Assembly (NCBI GenBank): GCA_964247055.1
Contig: OZ176058.1
Span: 2,604,001 to 2,668,000, forward strand
Source: Paragordius varius
Lineage: Eukaryota > Animalia > Nematomorpha
Length of the DNA stretch: 64,000 nucleotides
Reading direction: 5' to 3'
Both the position numbers and the translations under genes were made by a program. The notes under the pieces were generated by a model. That model was not told the origin of the DNA and ran no database searches. It saw nothing but the letters and a program-made list of their open reading frames with translations. Below are positions 15,401-29,300 of the stretch, piece by piece. Numbering within the stretch: the stretch's first letter is position 1; each line of letters starts with the position of its first letter.

Positions 15401-16695
15401 TTAATAATATAAATAAAATTATTGATACACTATCATTTATTTGGTTAAGTATTGTTTTATATATATATTTTTTTACAAAATCTAAAATATCGAAATTATA
15501 TTTTATATTTAAAATTTTTATATTAATCTTTTATGGAGTTTTATTAAAAATATCTTAATGTATTTCATATATTATAAAAAAAAGTTACATATAATTTGTA
15601 AAAAATTCCCAAATTTTTATAGTCCCCTATGTTTTTTACCAATTTTAGAATTCAAAAAAGGAATTCGATTTGAATAATTAAATTATATTAATATCGCAAA
15701 TATTTTAAAAAATTTAAAAAAAATTAAAATAAGGTCATTTTAGGATATTAATTTTTTGTTAAATATTTTATAATTGTTCTGAGAAAAGTATTCAAAAAAC
15801 ACTCAAATTATTTTACTTACCTATGTTTCTGTTGAGTTACAAGTTGTTTCCAAAGCTTATATCGAGATTGTAATATAGCCATATCAATGCGACATATTTC
15901 ATTTGGCCTATCAAACACTGATATCCATTCCTTATATTCTGGAGTAATTTTTAAAAAAATTTGATTAATAAATATTTTATAAACATATTAACATTTATGA
16001 TTTGATATTACCCTTGACAAACTTTAATATAAACTTATATACCATTTAATTATTAAATTCATACTTAAACAAATCAAATTTACCATAAAAATAAATTATA
16101 TTCGGGCTAATATAAATCATCAATAATTTGAAATATTACTTATGGCCTATGCCATTATTTTTTCAGAAATATGTTAATTATAAACGGAATTTCCTTTTTC
16201 GAAAATGTAAAAATATTAGTATTTCTTGATTAAAAAAAATTTATTTTAGGGTGACTTTGAATCGTTCAAGAGTGAATCAGAGGTGTAAGTAATATATTAT
16301 TAAACATTGTTCTCAACTAATTACCAATTACATATATTTCGTGAAAATATATTTATGGTTTATACAATCGCAAAGATAATTCAATTGTTTAGTTAAAATT
16401 TATAAGTAATTTTTGTCTTTTAAAACAATTGGGTCAACAAAAATAGGTAAGAAATATGGTAAATATTACAATTATCCCACCTTATAATAAAAAATAATGC
16501 AAAAAAGCCCGAAAAATGCTAAAAATTACTACGATATAAAAAACAAGGGTGAAAATTAAAAATATATACACTTTTTTCTTATAGATAAAATTTGATATTA
16601 AAAATTTGTGCTTGAAACGATTAGAAATAAAACGATAATAAAAACCCATCTCAATTCAGCTACTTTTAATTTGAAGGCAAACAGTTTTGATTAGA

Positions 16696-16738
<43 letters not shown>

Positions 16739-16874
16739 TAAAATTTCTTGACTATTGAAAAAAAACGTATTTCATACCTGTCGAGGTCACATTATTAATT
16801 CCCATGTAACAATAGGAAGAATCTATTTCACATGCTTTCAAAGGGTCCACAACAATTTGACCAATCTATTTTAG

Positions 16875-16915
<41 letters not shown>

Positions 16916-17262
16916 AATTCAAATTCCATAAACAATTGAAATTCACCATTGAACAATTCAAATTACCCTAGAACAATTCAAATCGACTCTTAAACAATTA
17001 AAATTCACCATTGAACAATTCAAATTCACCCTTGAACAATTCAATTTCACCCTTAAACAATTCAAAAACCCCCTAATAATAGATTGTGTGTTTTCGAGAT
17101 AATATAATTCATTATTAATATGAAATATTTTTACGACATAGTTTATTAACTTTTCCGTATTGTTTTAATTACAAATGAAATTGCAATTTTTAAATATATA
17201 ATAAAATATAGGTATTTATCTTATTATATAATTTATTTTAGGGTGATTTGAATTGTAAATGG

Positions 17263-17307
<45 letters not shown>

Positions 17308-20300
17308 TTGAATTATAATTAACATAAATATCCTATGTAAAAATTATTTTTGTTCATGTAATAAACAATAAATTACAAAAAATTTATCAATATAAAATTT
17401 TAATTTTAAAAATTGAACCATTAAATAATATTAAGGGAAGATGGATATCTGGCCTAAAAAATTTGAAAAAAATTATTTTAATATAAAATTCTTCTTTAAA
17501 ATAAATAACGCAAAATCCAAATAAACTTTTTATCTAATATATCCATTTACAGTTCAAATTCACCTCAAACAATTCAAATTCACCCTAAATTAAATAATGT
17601 GTTTTTTTTAAGATCAAAAATTATCTATATTTTTTATCTTTAGAAAAAATGAAATTACGTTTAAAATTAATAAAATACTGAATGCCATAAGAATATATTT
17701 GTTATTAATGAAATGTTATATAAGCTCGTAAACACATATTATATTTTTAGGGTGAATATGAATTGTTCAAGGGTAAATTTTAATTTTTCGAGGGTGAAAA
17801 GGGTATATTTTGAATCGTAAATGGTATATCAAATGGGTGACTTAATTATCAAAAGAAGTAAGAAATAGATATTTAAAATAAAATATGATAATCAAAACTA
17901 AAAACCATTTTATTTTAAAAATCTTAATTATTAATCAAATGGAAATAATAAGATAAATAAAAAAAATAATATAATGATATTTAAAATTATAAAAACAAAA
18001 TGTAAAAACTAAAGGCAATAGAAATAAAACCATATATAAAACTCGTAATTTTTGTTGCCAGATAGGTATTAAAGATGTTAATTGTCAAATCACCCAATTT
18101 TACAATAAATAAAAATTATTGTGAAATAGTTTACGTGGGAAAAAAAATCCAGGTTTCATAAAGTATGGTTATCTTTTACAAAAAAAGAATATTTGTCTCA
18201 TAGTTTTTTAAATTTTTTATCTGGGTAATTTCAAATTTTACTGTATTATGATTAGAAAAAATTAAAATTTAAAACGCAACAATTTACTAAAATATATCTT
18301 TATTTTAATCTTACAAAATTATTCCGAGATAATGGTTCAATTTTCAAGCGTTTTAACATGTATTTGTTGGTATCCTCAAACTTAATTGGGTGAGTTTTAA
18401 TCTTTTTTCGCTCATCATTTGCATTTGTCTCATTATTATTACTATTTTCCTGACTACCCTTTTCCATTTCCGCCCCAATTTTTTGAGCGTTTAAGGCCTC
18501 AAATTTGTGCGTTGACTTTTTATTTTTGTCCTCAGCATTTTTATAATTTTGTTCTTCTGAAAGCGAATTAATTATGGTGGCATCTGTTAAGCTGGAGGGG
18601 ACTTCGAACCAAAATAGGTTACTCATATATTCGTGGGGTAGGTATGGGTTTATGGCCGTTATCCAAAGCGTTACATTGTAAGCGTTATCAATGAAAACGT
18701 TATGTCGGGTTAATTTACCCTATAATAGATAGAAAAAAAAAGAAAAATGCAGTTTATTAAAAAAATTATACATATTTATGAACATTTATTCTATGGCTTA
18801 TTTTCATTTTAGATGATTAATATATGGTACACACAGTAGTTTAGGGGTGCAAACAGCAAAATTTTAAAATTGAACATTGTGTTTTTATCCTATATTTTGT
18901 TTAGTATGTATGAAGTATACATTGCTAGAAAGTAATTAATTATTGCCAATAGTTAAACAAGCAGTATTATTGGCTTATAGTTAATTTTTTCACTTTTTAC
19001 TATTATCAATATACTGTCCTTTGTTGTATATTAACTATTTGGCAATAATTAATTACTTTCTACTTTGTTTAATTAAATATGGATAAAATTTGTTTTATAA
19101 CACACAGGCACGCTTCTATATTACAATAAAAATTTAAATAAACAGCATGAATGTCCACATACAGTGAAAACATTACAGTATGCATTTTAATGGTTGCTTA
19201 TTTATCATATTATAGTTGGGCAATTTGCAACTCAACAGTAGTGTATGGAAAAAACAACAAAATGTTAAATAAATAATTATTTCCTTACTTTTTCCATACA
19301 CTACTGCTGTGTTGCAAATTACCCTACTATAGTGTGAAATAAGTAACCATTAAAATGCATACTGTATTTTACGGATTCGTTTGTTAGAAAAAAACAATAA
19401 ACTGATAAATGAAATGTTAAAAAACAATATTACGGATTTAAATATCAAAGTGTGAAAGATAATTGTTACGATTATATATATATATATCGCAATTTTTACA
19501 AAAAATTTAAATTTTTTTATAAACGACAAGTATACATAACCTTATATATTATATATATATATATATATTTGGTCGAGTTTTTAAAACCTATATTTAAAAG
19601 CGTATCCGTTAGGTATTTTTGTTGTATAAAACTAATGCTTTTATCAATATATATTTTTATAAATTTTTTTTAATATAAAATATATATTTTTATATTAAAT
19701 TACTTTAAACTTATTTAAAATGCGACTTTTTTTCTTTAAATCTTTGAAAAAAAATAGTTATTTATTTATTGTATCAAACTAATGCTTTTACAATATATAT
19801 TTTTATACTTTTTGTTATTTTAAAATATATATTTTTCTAATAAATTTATTTTAAACCTATTTAAACTTTTTTTCATTGAATCTTTAAAAAATCGTTAAGT
19901 ATATTTATTATATCAAACTAATTCTTATACAATATATATTTTTATACTCTTTTTTAATTTAAAGTATTATTTTTTATGTTAAAAATTAAATTACTTAAAA
20001 CAATTTATGCAACTTTTCCTTTGAATCTTAAAAAATATGGTTAATTTATTTATTGTATCAAACTAATGCTTTTAAAAGCTATATTTTTATACTCTTTTTT
20101 AATTTAAAATATTATTTGTAAATAATTACTTTACATTTATTCTAAATGCGACTTTTTTCTTTAAATCTTTGAAAAAAATGGTTAGCATATTTATTGTATC
20201 AAACGAATGCTTTTACAATATTTTTTGTTTTTTTAATTTAAAGTATATATATTTATTTTTAAATTTAATTACTTAAAACTATTTCTAATGCGACTTTTTT

Positions 20301-23300
20301 TCTTTAATTCTTTGAAAAAAATGGTTAGCATATTTATTGTATCAAACGAATGCTTTACAATATTTTTTGTTTTTTTAATTTAAAGTATATATATTTATTT
20401 TTAAATTTAATTACTTAAAACTATTTCAAATGCGACTTTTTTTCTTTGAAACTTAAATAAAATCGTTAATTTATTTGTTGTATCAAACTAATGCTTGAGC
20501 TATATTTTATACTTTTTTTAATTTAAAATTTTTAATTTTTAAATTACTCAAACCTATTTAAAATACGACTTTTTTTTCTTTGAAATTTAAGTAAAATCAT
20601 TAATATATTTATTGTATCCAACTAATACTTCAAAATATATTATTATATACTTTTTTTAATTTAAAATTTTTAATTTTGTATAAATTACTTTAAATCTATT
20701 TAAAATGCGACTTTTTTTCTTTAAATCTTAACTTTCTATCTTTTGTCCACTAACGGTTCTTTTGTGATTTTTTTCCTATATGAATAATATCAACCATGAT
20801 TTTGTTCATTTTTTTAATTTAATTTTTATTTTCTTATATTATATATATTTTTCTTAACTAATCTCCTGATGATGCCTATGGCGAATATTTGAGAATTAAT
20901 ATTATATTTTTGCGTTATTTTACGACGATTCTAACATCAATTATCATTAATTTATATTTCAATAATCAAAGATAAATATAATTTATACTGGATAACTGAC
21001 GAGTCCACTAAAATTTAGCAAATTATAGGTAGTTTCTGCTGGGGTAATGGTTCCACCATTTTTATCATAACGAATTTCATTTTTAGGCAAGTTATTCGAA
21101 AAAGAAATAGTTTCTGAAAAAAGACCAAATTGGGGTGGTTTAGGGGAAATTATAAGGTAACCCCGGCGTGTAGTTACATGAATGGTAAGTTTTATACGTT
21201 CCTCAGTTATCTAATGATAAATGGAGTAATAATAAAAATTGCCATTATATGGAACAAAATGTAAAAATATAAAGACAAAAATATTTTTTTTCAAAAAACA
21301 GAAGACAAGCATAAAATATAAAATTGATTGTGTTACCATTATTCATCTCTAATGTATACTTTGTAATTTGAAACAATGAGTTATAAATATTAAAAAAAAC
21401 AAGATTTAAAAAAGTATGGGGTTGTCTTTTAGAGAAAAATATTTGACACTATATTTTTACAAATTGTCCGTATAATTCCAATTTTTACTGTAAAAAATGT
21501 ACAAGAGTGTAAAATATTGGTGAATAGGCCCTATATAGAGTATTATTACCCATTTTTAAAATGGAGAAAGTTTTTTTTGAAAACAGCGCTTTTATTATAT
21601 TTATGCTGATTTATCATTTACACCCAAATTCACTCTTAAACAATTTAAATTCACGCTCGATTAATTTCAATTATGTTTTTGAGAATTAAAAATTACCTAT
21701 ATTTAATAATATTTCTAAAAATGACCGAAAAAAAGAATGCCATAAAGATATATTTCACAATAATGATGAATGATATTCCGAAGCACATAATTTTTTTGGG
21801 GGGAATTCGATTGTTCAAGGGTGAACAATTATTGAAGGATATAATTAAAAAGTGCACATCGATTTATAATCAAAAGGATTTAATTTTTATAATCAAGCTG
21901 TTGAATTTCGTTTTTGCCTTTCAATATAAAAAGTTAATTTAAGGGTAATTTGAGAGATCATTATGAATCGAAGACCAGAAAAAATAATATATAATCATAA
22001 ATAATAAATTTGCATATCCATAAAATTTAATTTATAATTAATGGGGTAGTTTTAGGCTATCCAACCGAACCAAAAACTATGGCAAAAAAATATTTCATCA
22101 TTTTTTAATTTTTAGATATTAAACCCTATATTTAAATTTCTAAATGTAAAAAAAAATTTGACTAGATCAATTTTGTAAAAAAAACTGTTAAATTCGTATG
22201 TAGCATCCAAACTATGGTTAGTTTTAAAGCCATGAAAATGAGTCAAAAACCATAAAATACAACATTTGGATACCCTATACTCAATAATTTTATATTTAAA
22301 GACTTTAAATAAATGAAAAAAATAAATTTTAACCATAATAAATCATTTTTTAGAAAAAAATAGGGCCATTATGCGGATAACCAACATATTTCTTATCCCC
22401 CTATGATATGATCATTATCAATTTTTTAAAAACTTTTTTGTGCAACTCACTATCAAAGTGTTTTCTTTAGAAATTTGGATTATCATAAAACGTAACGTTA
22501 AAATATGGGAAAATTTAGATTGCATGAAAAAGAAACCATTTATTCAAAATCTCTCAACATAAAATAAATATATATATATATATATATATTTTGAAAAAAA
22601 TTATCAATAATATAGAAAAAAAACCTTATCATGAATGCTTTTAGTTTCATCATCCTTAGATTTATGTGAATTCAGCGAGTTAGAATCTAAATCAGCTGTT
22701 TTTGTCGTACATTCAAACACAATATCAAACTGTTTAGTGATGAATAAATCATCATTATTATTTATTCTATTATTCTTTTTATTTTCGGAAGTAGTGAAAA
22801 AATGTTGTCTAAAAAATAAAATTAAATATAGACAAAATGTAAAAGAGATCTATATATTTTTATCGATTAAAACCCATATTTATTTAATACTTATTGTTTT
22901 TTACATATTTCTAAGGGTTTTAGGTTGTGTAATTAAAATAAGGAAGAGAAATGTAAAATGGTAACACACACACACTCAAGTATTATATTTTACAATAGGA
23001 ATATTAAAAGTTTTTAAGAAAAAATCAAAGCTACTTCACAAGTCCGGATACAATTTAAGTCCTTAACCTTTAATCAAAAAAAGGATAAAAGAGACATATA
23101 AATTTTATTTTTAAATAAAAAATACCATTTAAACCCTCGAACAATTCAAATTTACCCTAAAAATAAATTATGTGTTTTTGGGATGATATAACTCATAATT
23201 AATATGAAATATATTTTACGGCATAGCCTATTAATTTTTCAGCATTATTTTAATTTAAAAGCCAGAATTTCATATTTTAAAAATATTCTAAAATAAAGGT

Positions 23301-26300
23301 AATTTTTAATCTTAAAAAATACATAATTTATTTTAGGGTAAATTTGAATTGTTAAAGGGTGAATTCGAACTAAAAGTGGTATACTCTAATATTTAGTTTA
23401 AAAATTGTGAAACCTTGATTTTTTGATATTTTCCATGGTTAAAAGTTGTGCAAACTGACAAATAAAGATGTGATTGGCAACATACATTCAAAAATATCGA
23501 TGTTAAATTTTAACGCTGATTTTTTCCGCACAAAAAGTCAATATTTTGCATTTTTATGCCGAACAATTTAACAAAATATCGAAAATTTAAAAATTAATTT
23601 TTTGTTAATTATTTACAAATATTATTAAATATACGTTAAATAGGATAGATAAAGAATTAAAAATAATGGCGTATAAAATCAAAAAAACTTTTTTTTGTTA
23701 AAATACCGTGTACATTTATTGATTGCTTATTTCACATTATAATTGGTCAATTGGCAACATAATAGTGTATGGGTAAAAAACTACAAAATGTTTAATATAA
23801 AGAAATTTTCCCTTTTTTCATATCTTTATTAATTTTATTCAACATTTTGTTGTTTTTTACCCATACACTACTGTGTCACGTAACCAAGTGTATAATGCAA
23901 ATAAGCCAGTATTAAAATGCATACTATATATATACAGTCATGTATCCTTTATTTTATCAAAAAATTATTTTTTCTCGGTTAAATGGGTAGTATAAATATT
24001 TGTTAAGATGGAAAAAACAAGAGCTCTATGGTATTAACAATATCATTATATATGGAATAATTCAGCAAAAATTATATAAATTTATTATAAATTTCGATTA
24101 CTACAAGTAATCTTTGTCAAACGTCATATCTCATTAAATATTTTTACTTTATAATTTAAATTTTAGTTTATATTTTAATTTTATTTTTACGTTTGACAAA
24201 GATTACTTGTAGTAATCGAAGTATTATAATAAATTTATATAATTTTTGCTGAATCATTCCATATATAATAATACAATCACACTTCAGCGTAAACTATATC
24301 TAACAATATCATATTTATCAAAAAAAGTATGAGAATTACCATAGAGCTCTTGTTTTTTCCATTCTTTAACAAATATTTATACTAACTACCCATTTAACGA
24401 ACGAAAAAAATAAATTTTTGATAAAATATTTTACTGTTCATCGGACGAGTTTCCTACAGCGTCAGTATTGGCTGATGTTGAAACAATAAATTTATCCAAA
24501 AATATTTGAGCATCTAATTCAATCAGGAATTGAGCAACTTGAAATGGGGCCAACGATAACTGTAATATATTTATAAAAAAAATTATTTATTAAAAAAACC
24601 AAATCGTTTCTTAATTAGCTATAAAATGTTTTTTTTTAAAAAACAGGGGGAGCTTTTGATGAAAAAGAAAACATTGTTTCAAAATAAAATGGCAACTTTT
24701 TTTGAGTTTAGATTCCGGTTTCTCGTAATTTTTATATATCAAAAAGGAGTTTTATGTTAAAAAATTTTAGTTACTTCGTTTAATTATTTTATATTAGTTA
24801 TAAAAGTTTGTCAAAATTTTTACTACCGCTTTTAAAACAAAGTTTATTAATGGTTTAATCAAAAAAATTATATTCTAGTGATAATTTATTTATAAAAATC
24901 AGATGTGTTGAAATAATTTTATATGCCAAATGTTTAAAAGTTTTTTAAACTACGACGTAAAGCGTAAATGTTTAAAACCAGGAATTATTGTAAACTCAAT
25001 CTCTGTTATTATTTAATAAATAAAATCAACTTTATATTTTATTAAATACAAATAATTGCCTATAAAAGTGCAGTCAAATCTATACCAATCTTTAAAAACT
25101 CTCTCTCTCTCTCTCTCCCTACACTTGCTATTAAAAAAATTTATTATACTATTTACGATTCAAAATCACCCTCAAACAATTCAAATTCACCAATTCTATT
25201 TCACCCTAAAAATATATTATATGTTTTCAATCTAATATAACTCATCATTAATATGAAATATATTTTTACTAGTTAATTATTTTTTCTGCATTATATAAAT
25301 TTTAAACAAAATTTCTAAAAAATAAAGGTAATTTGTAATCTTAAAAACAGATAATTTATTTCAGGAATTTTAATTGCTCAAGGGTGAATTTAAACTGTGA
25401 ATGGTATATATGCCAAAATTTACTATTATTAACCAAAATCTCAAATTGAATTGTTCATAATTTGTAAAAACAAACTGCCTTAATAACATCTTTAAAGCAT
25501 TGATTTGTATTCCAATTTAATAAATATAATCTAAAAAAGATAATGGTTTCCCACTTATATTTTTTAAAAACTATAATTCCGGCATATATAAAAAAAATTG
25601 AAAATAGAAACTCAAAACTAAATATCCCAAAATTAGTATTTATAAAAATTAATAAAATATCTCTCTTATAAATGCAATCCAAAGTTTATTTAAAAACTAA
25701 TCAACTACCCTCACACCCTGATGGCCTTGATTAGTATTCTTAATTTTGTTAAATAAAAAAATCCACTTCAGTTTTTTATATAACAGTAAAAATTGAAATT
25801 ATACGGACAAAACGTGAAAATATAAAAACAAATATTTTTTTAAAAAGATAAACCATAATTTTCTCATCTTGAGTTTTTAAATATAACTCATTGTTTTAAA
25901 TTACAAAATAAAATGGAAATGTAAATTAGTAAAACAATCAATTCTGTATTTTAATTAATGCTTTTTATATGATAAATTAAGGTTTAAAAAAGTATGGGTG
26001 TCTTTTGAAAAAAAATTTATCTTTATATTTTTACATTTTGTCCGTATATTTTAAATTTTTACTGTATATCTAAAAAAGATAACGGTTTATAAACAATTAA
26101 ATTTTGTTTAAAGATTATATTATATACCGAAAAACATTATGTTTATTTAAAAAAATCTCTCCTAAAATCTTAAATTGTCCAAAATTTATAAACTCACTAC
26201 CTAATTACTTTCATAACACCTTGAAAACTTTGATTCGTATTCTTAATTTAAAAAAATAGAACGGTTTTCGATTTAGACTTTATTTAAAATAAAAACCGAT

Positions 26301-29300
26301 AATTGGCGCATATAAAAATAGAAAAACTCAAACCTAGGTCTAAATCTTATTTAGCCACATATTTTTAACCAAAAAACACCATAATTTACATTTATATTAT
26401 ATAAACTAACTAAGTAACTAACTACCTACCTTCATAACACCTTGAAATCCCTGGTTAGTATTCCTAACATTATGGGGTAAATTTTCACGGAGTGGTCTAA
26501 AGCCCTTTTCATCGGAGTTGCGTTGATGATGATTTTTGCCAAAATAATTATTAGCTTGTCTCATGCGTTGAATTAACGGTTTAAATTCTATCGTGTTGAG
26601 TAAATCACGCCCCTGATTAAGTTTAAACAGTAACAAATCTCGCATAGTTAAATTATTTGGATTAGGTCTAAATTTAAAATATATATTTAAAGTTATAAAA
26701 ATGATTAAATTGATTTAACTCAAAAAAAATTGTTTTAATAGTGTTGATAAATCACGCCCTTGATTAAGTTTAAATAGTAACAAATTTCGCATAGTTAAGT
26801 TGTTATTTGGATAAGGTCTAGAATTGTAAGTATATTTAAAGTTATAAAAATGATAAAATTGATTTATTTCAAAAAAAAATTGTTTTAATAGTGTTGAATA
26901 AATAACGCCTTTGATTAAGTTTAAATAGTAACAAATCTCAATGTTGTTATTTGGATACTAGATTTGTAAAAAAATGTATATTTTAAAGTTATAAAAATGA
27001 TAAAATTGATTTATTTCAAAAAAAATTGTTTTAATAGTGTTGAGTAAATCACGCCCCTGATTAAGTTTAAATAGTAACAAATCTCGCATAGTTATGTTGT
27101 TATTTGGATAAGGTCTAGAATTGTAAGTATATTTAAAGTTATAAAAATGGTAAAATTAATTTATTTCAAAAAAAATTGTTTTAATAGTGTTGAGTAAATC
27201 ACGCCCCTGATTGAGTTTAAATAGTAACAAATCTCGAATAGTTATGTTGTTATTTGGATAAGGTCTAGAATTGTAAAAATATGTATATTTTAAAGTTATA
27301 AAAATGATAAAATTGATTTATTTAAAAAAAATTGTTTTAATAGTGTTGAGTAAATCACGCCCTTGATTAAGTTTAAATAGTAACAAATCTCGCATAGTTA
27401 TGTTGTTATTTGGATTAGGTCTATAATTGTAAAAAATATATATTTAAATTTAAACGCGTAAAAATAGTAAAGCTAGTCTTTTTTAAACAGAGGAGAAAAA
27501 ATTATACTTAATTACCCCTTTGCCCAGCATATTATATACCATTTGCACTTTTGGTCCTTGAACATTTCAAGGTCCTTAAACATTTCAAATTGGCCCTTTG
27601 AATATTTTGTTTTTGTTTTAACTTTTATCAAGCTAATTGTATATCATTTTTAACCTATTTACTTTATTTAACATAACCTTCAAATAATACTAACCTATAC
27701 CTTTCATAAGTAAATATGCTCTTATGAGTTTGCTTTTAAAATTTTAAAATATTGCACACTTTTTACAATCAAAACAATCCTTCATCTAAATTAACCTATT
27801 CATTTCCCAATTAAAAAAGGGTGTTTTAAACCAGAAAAAGAAACATGCTCATAAAACCTACCTTTCATCAGTTATTACATTTAAGTTAAGTTTACATTAA
27901 GCATTCCCAAAATTAAAAGTTTCATTATTTTTTCGACTGTGATTATTTTTTCATAAATTCGTAGTTTTTTTAAAAGTGTAAAACTATAAATTTCAACATT
28001 TTCGCACTCATAAAAACTTTGTTTATTTAAGTTGCTCTAATGATTGGTTCCCAAATTTATAGAGGCTTCATCAAAAATTTTTTTAATCAAAACAAAATTC
28101 TATGCAAATTAACTGGAAAATCATATCTAAAAAAAATTGGAAAAAGGTATCAAATTAACATATACCATTTACATTTCAAATTCACTATTAAAAAATTAAA
28201 TCTCACCCTCGAATTCAAATTCACCCTAAAAATAAATTGTGTTTTCAGGCAACTAATATAATTCATCATTTATATGAAATATTTCTCAATGGCATAGTTT
28301 ATTATTTTTTCAGTATTATTTATATTTTAGACAAAATTTTATTTTTTAAAAATATAAAAAAATATACGTATTTTTAATCTTAAAAAACACTTAATTTATT
28401 TTAGGGTAAATTTGACTTGTTCAAGGGTGAATTCGAATTGTTCAAGGGTGAATTTGACTTGTTCGAGGAAGAATTTGATTGTTCAAGGGTGAATTTACAT
28501 TGTTCAAGGTTTTTGAATTTGAATTGTAAATGGTATATTTAAATTATAAAACCTACCTTTCATTAGTTAAGTTGCTCTGATTGCTTCCAAAATTTCTATT
28601 AGAATCTTCATTTTTCCCTCCGTTATATACTGTGCCATTTAAGTTATTTCCAACATTTGGAGTATTGAAACCCACTGAATTAAGTGTTGTATCAAGGCTT
28701 TGATTATGCACTTGGCTAACGGTAAAAAGGCCATACGGACTCCGGGCACATAACTCAATGGGTTTGGCATAATGATTATACAGGCTAAAAATGGCCCACG
28801 TTGTACTAATCGATTCGAGTTTAATGGTTGGGGATATATGTGATTTCAGGCGTGGTTTTTTATGCTGCTGCGTCGTCTCATAATTACCTGTTTATGATTA
28901 AATATATATTTTTTTGAACTAGCTTTCTTTTCAAAAATTAGATGAGATAATTTTATTCAACATTAAAAATCTAATTCTTCTCATTTCTTATTATAAACCT
29001 TGATCAATATGTTACATAATAGAGATTGATTTGTTATAAGTATTTCAAGAAAATTAATTTTTCAAATCGTACTAATCGATTAAAGTTTAATGGTTGTCAA
29101 TATTTGTAGTTTTACACGCAGTTTATGCTGTTTCAAATAGATATTTGTGGTTTTAGGCGTGGTTTTTTATGTTGCGTCGTCTCATAATTGTTACCTAATA
29201 AAAGTTAATTTAATATATACCATTTACAGTTCAAATTAACCCTTGAACAATTCAAATTCACCCTAAAAATAAATTATGTGTTTTTCGAACTAATATAACT

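Larger units (their letters stand above)
16699..17302. repeat. Three (TA)n microsatellites (16699-16733, 16876-16911, 17268-17302); other tracts at about 22568, 31940, 31989, 43435, 44355 and 57794
   Basis: Read directly. Confidence 0.95.
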
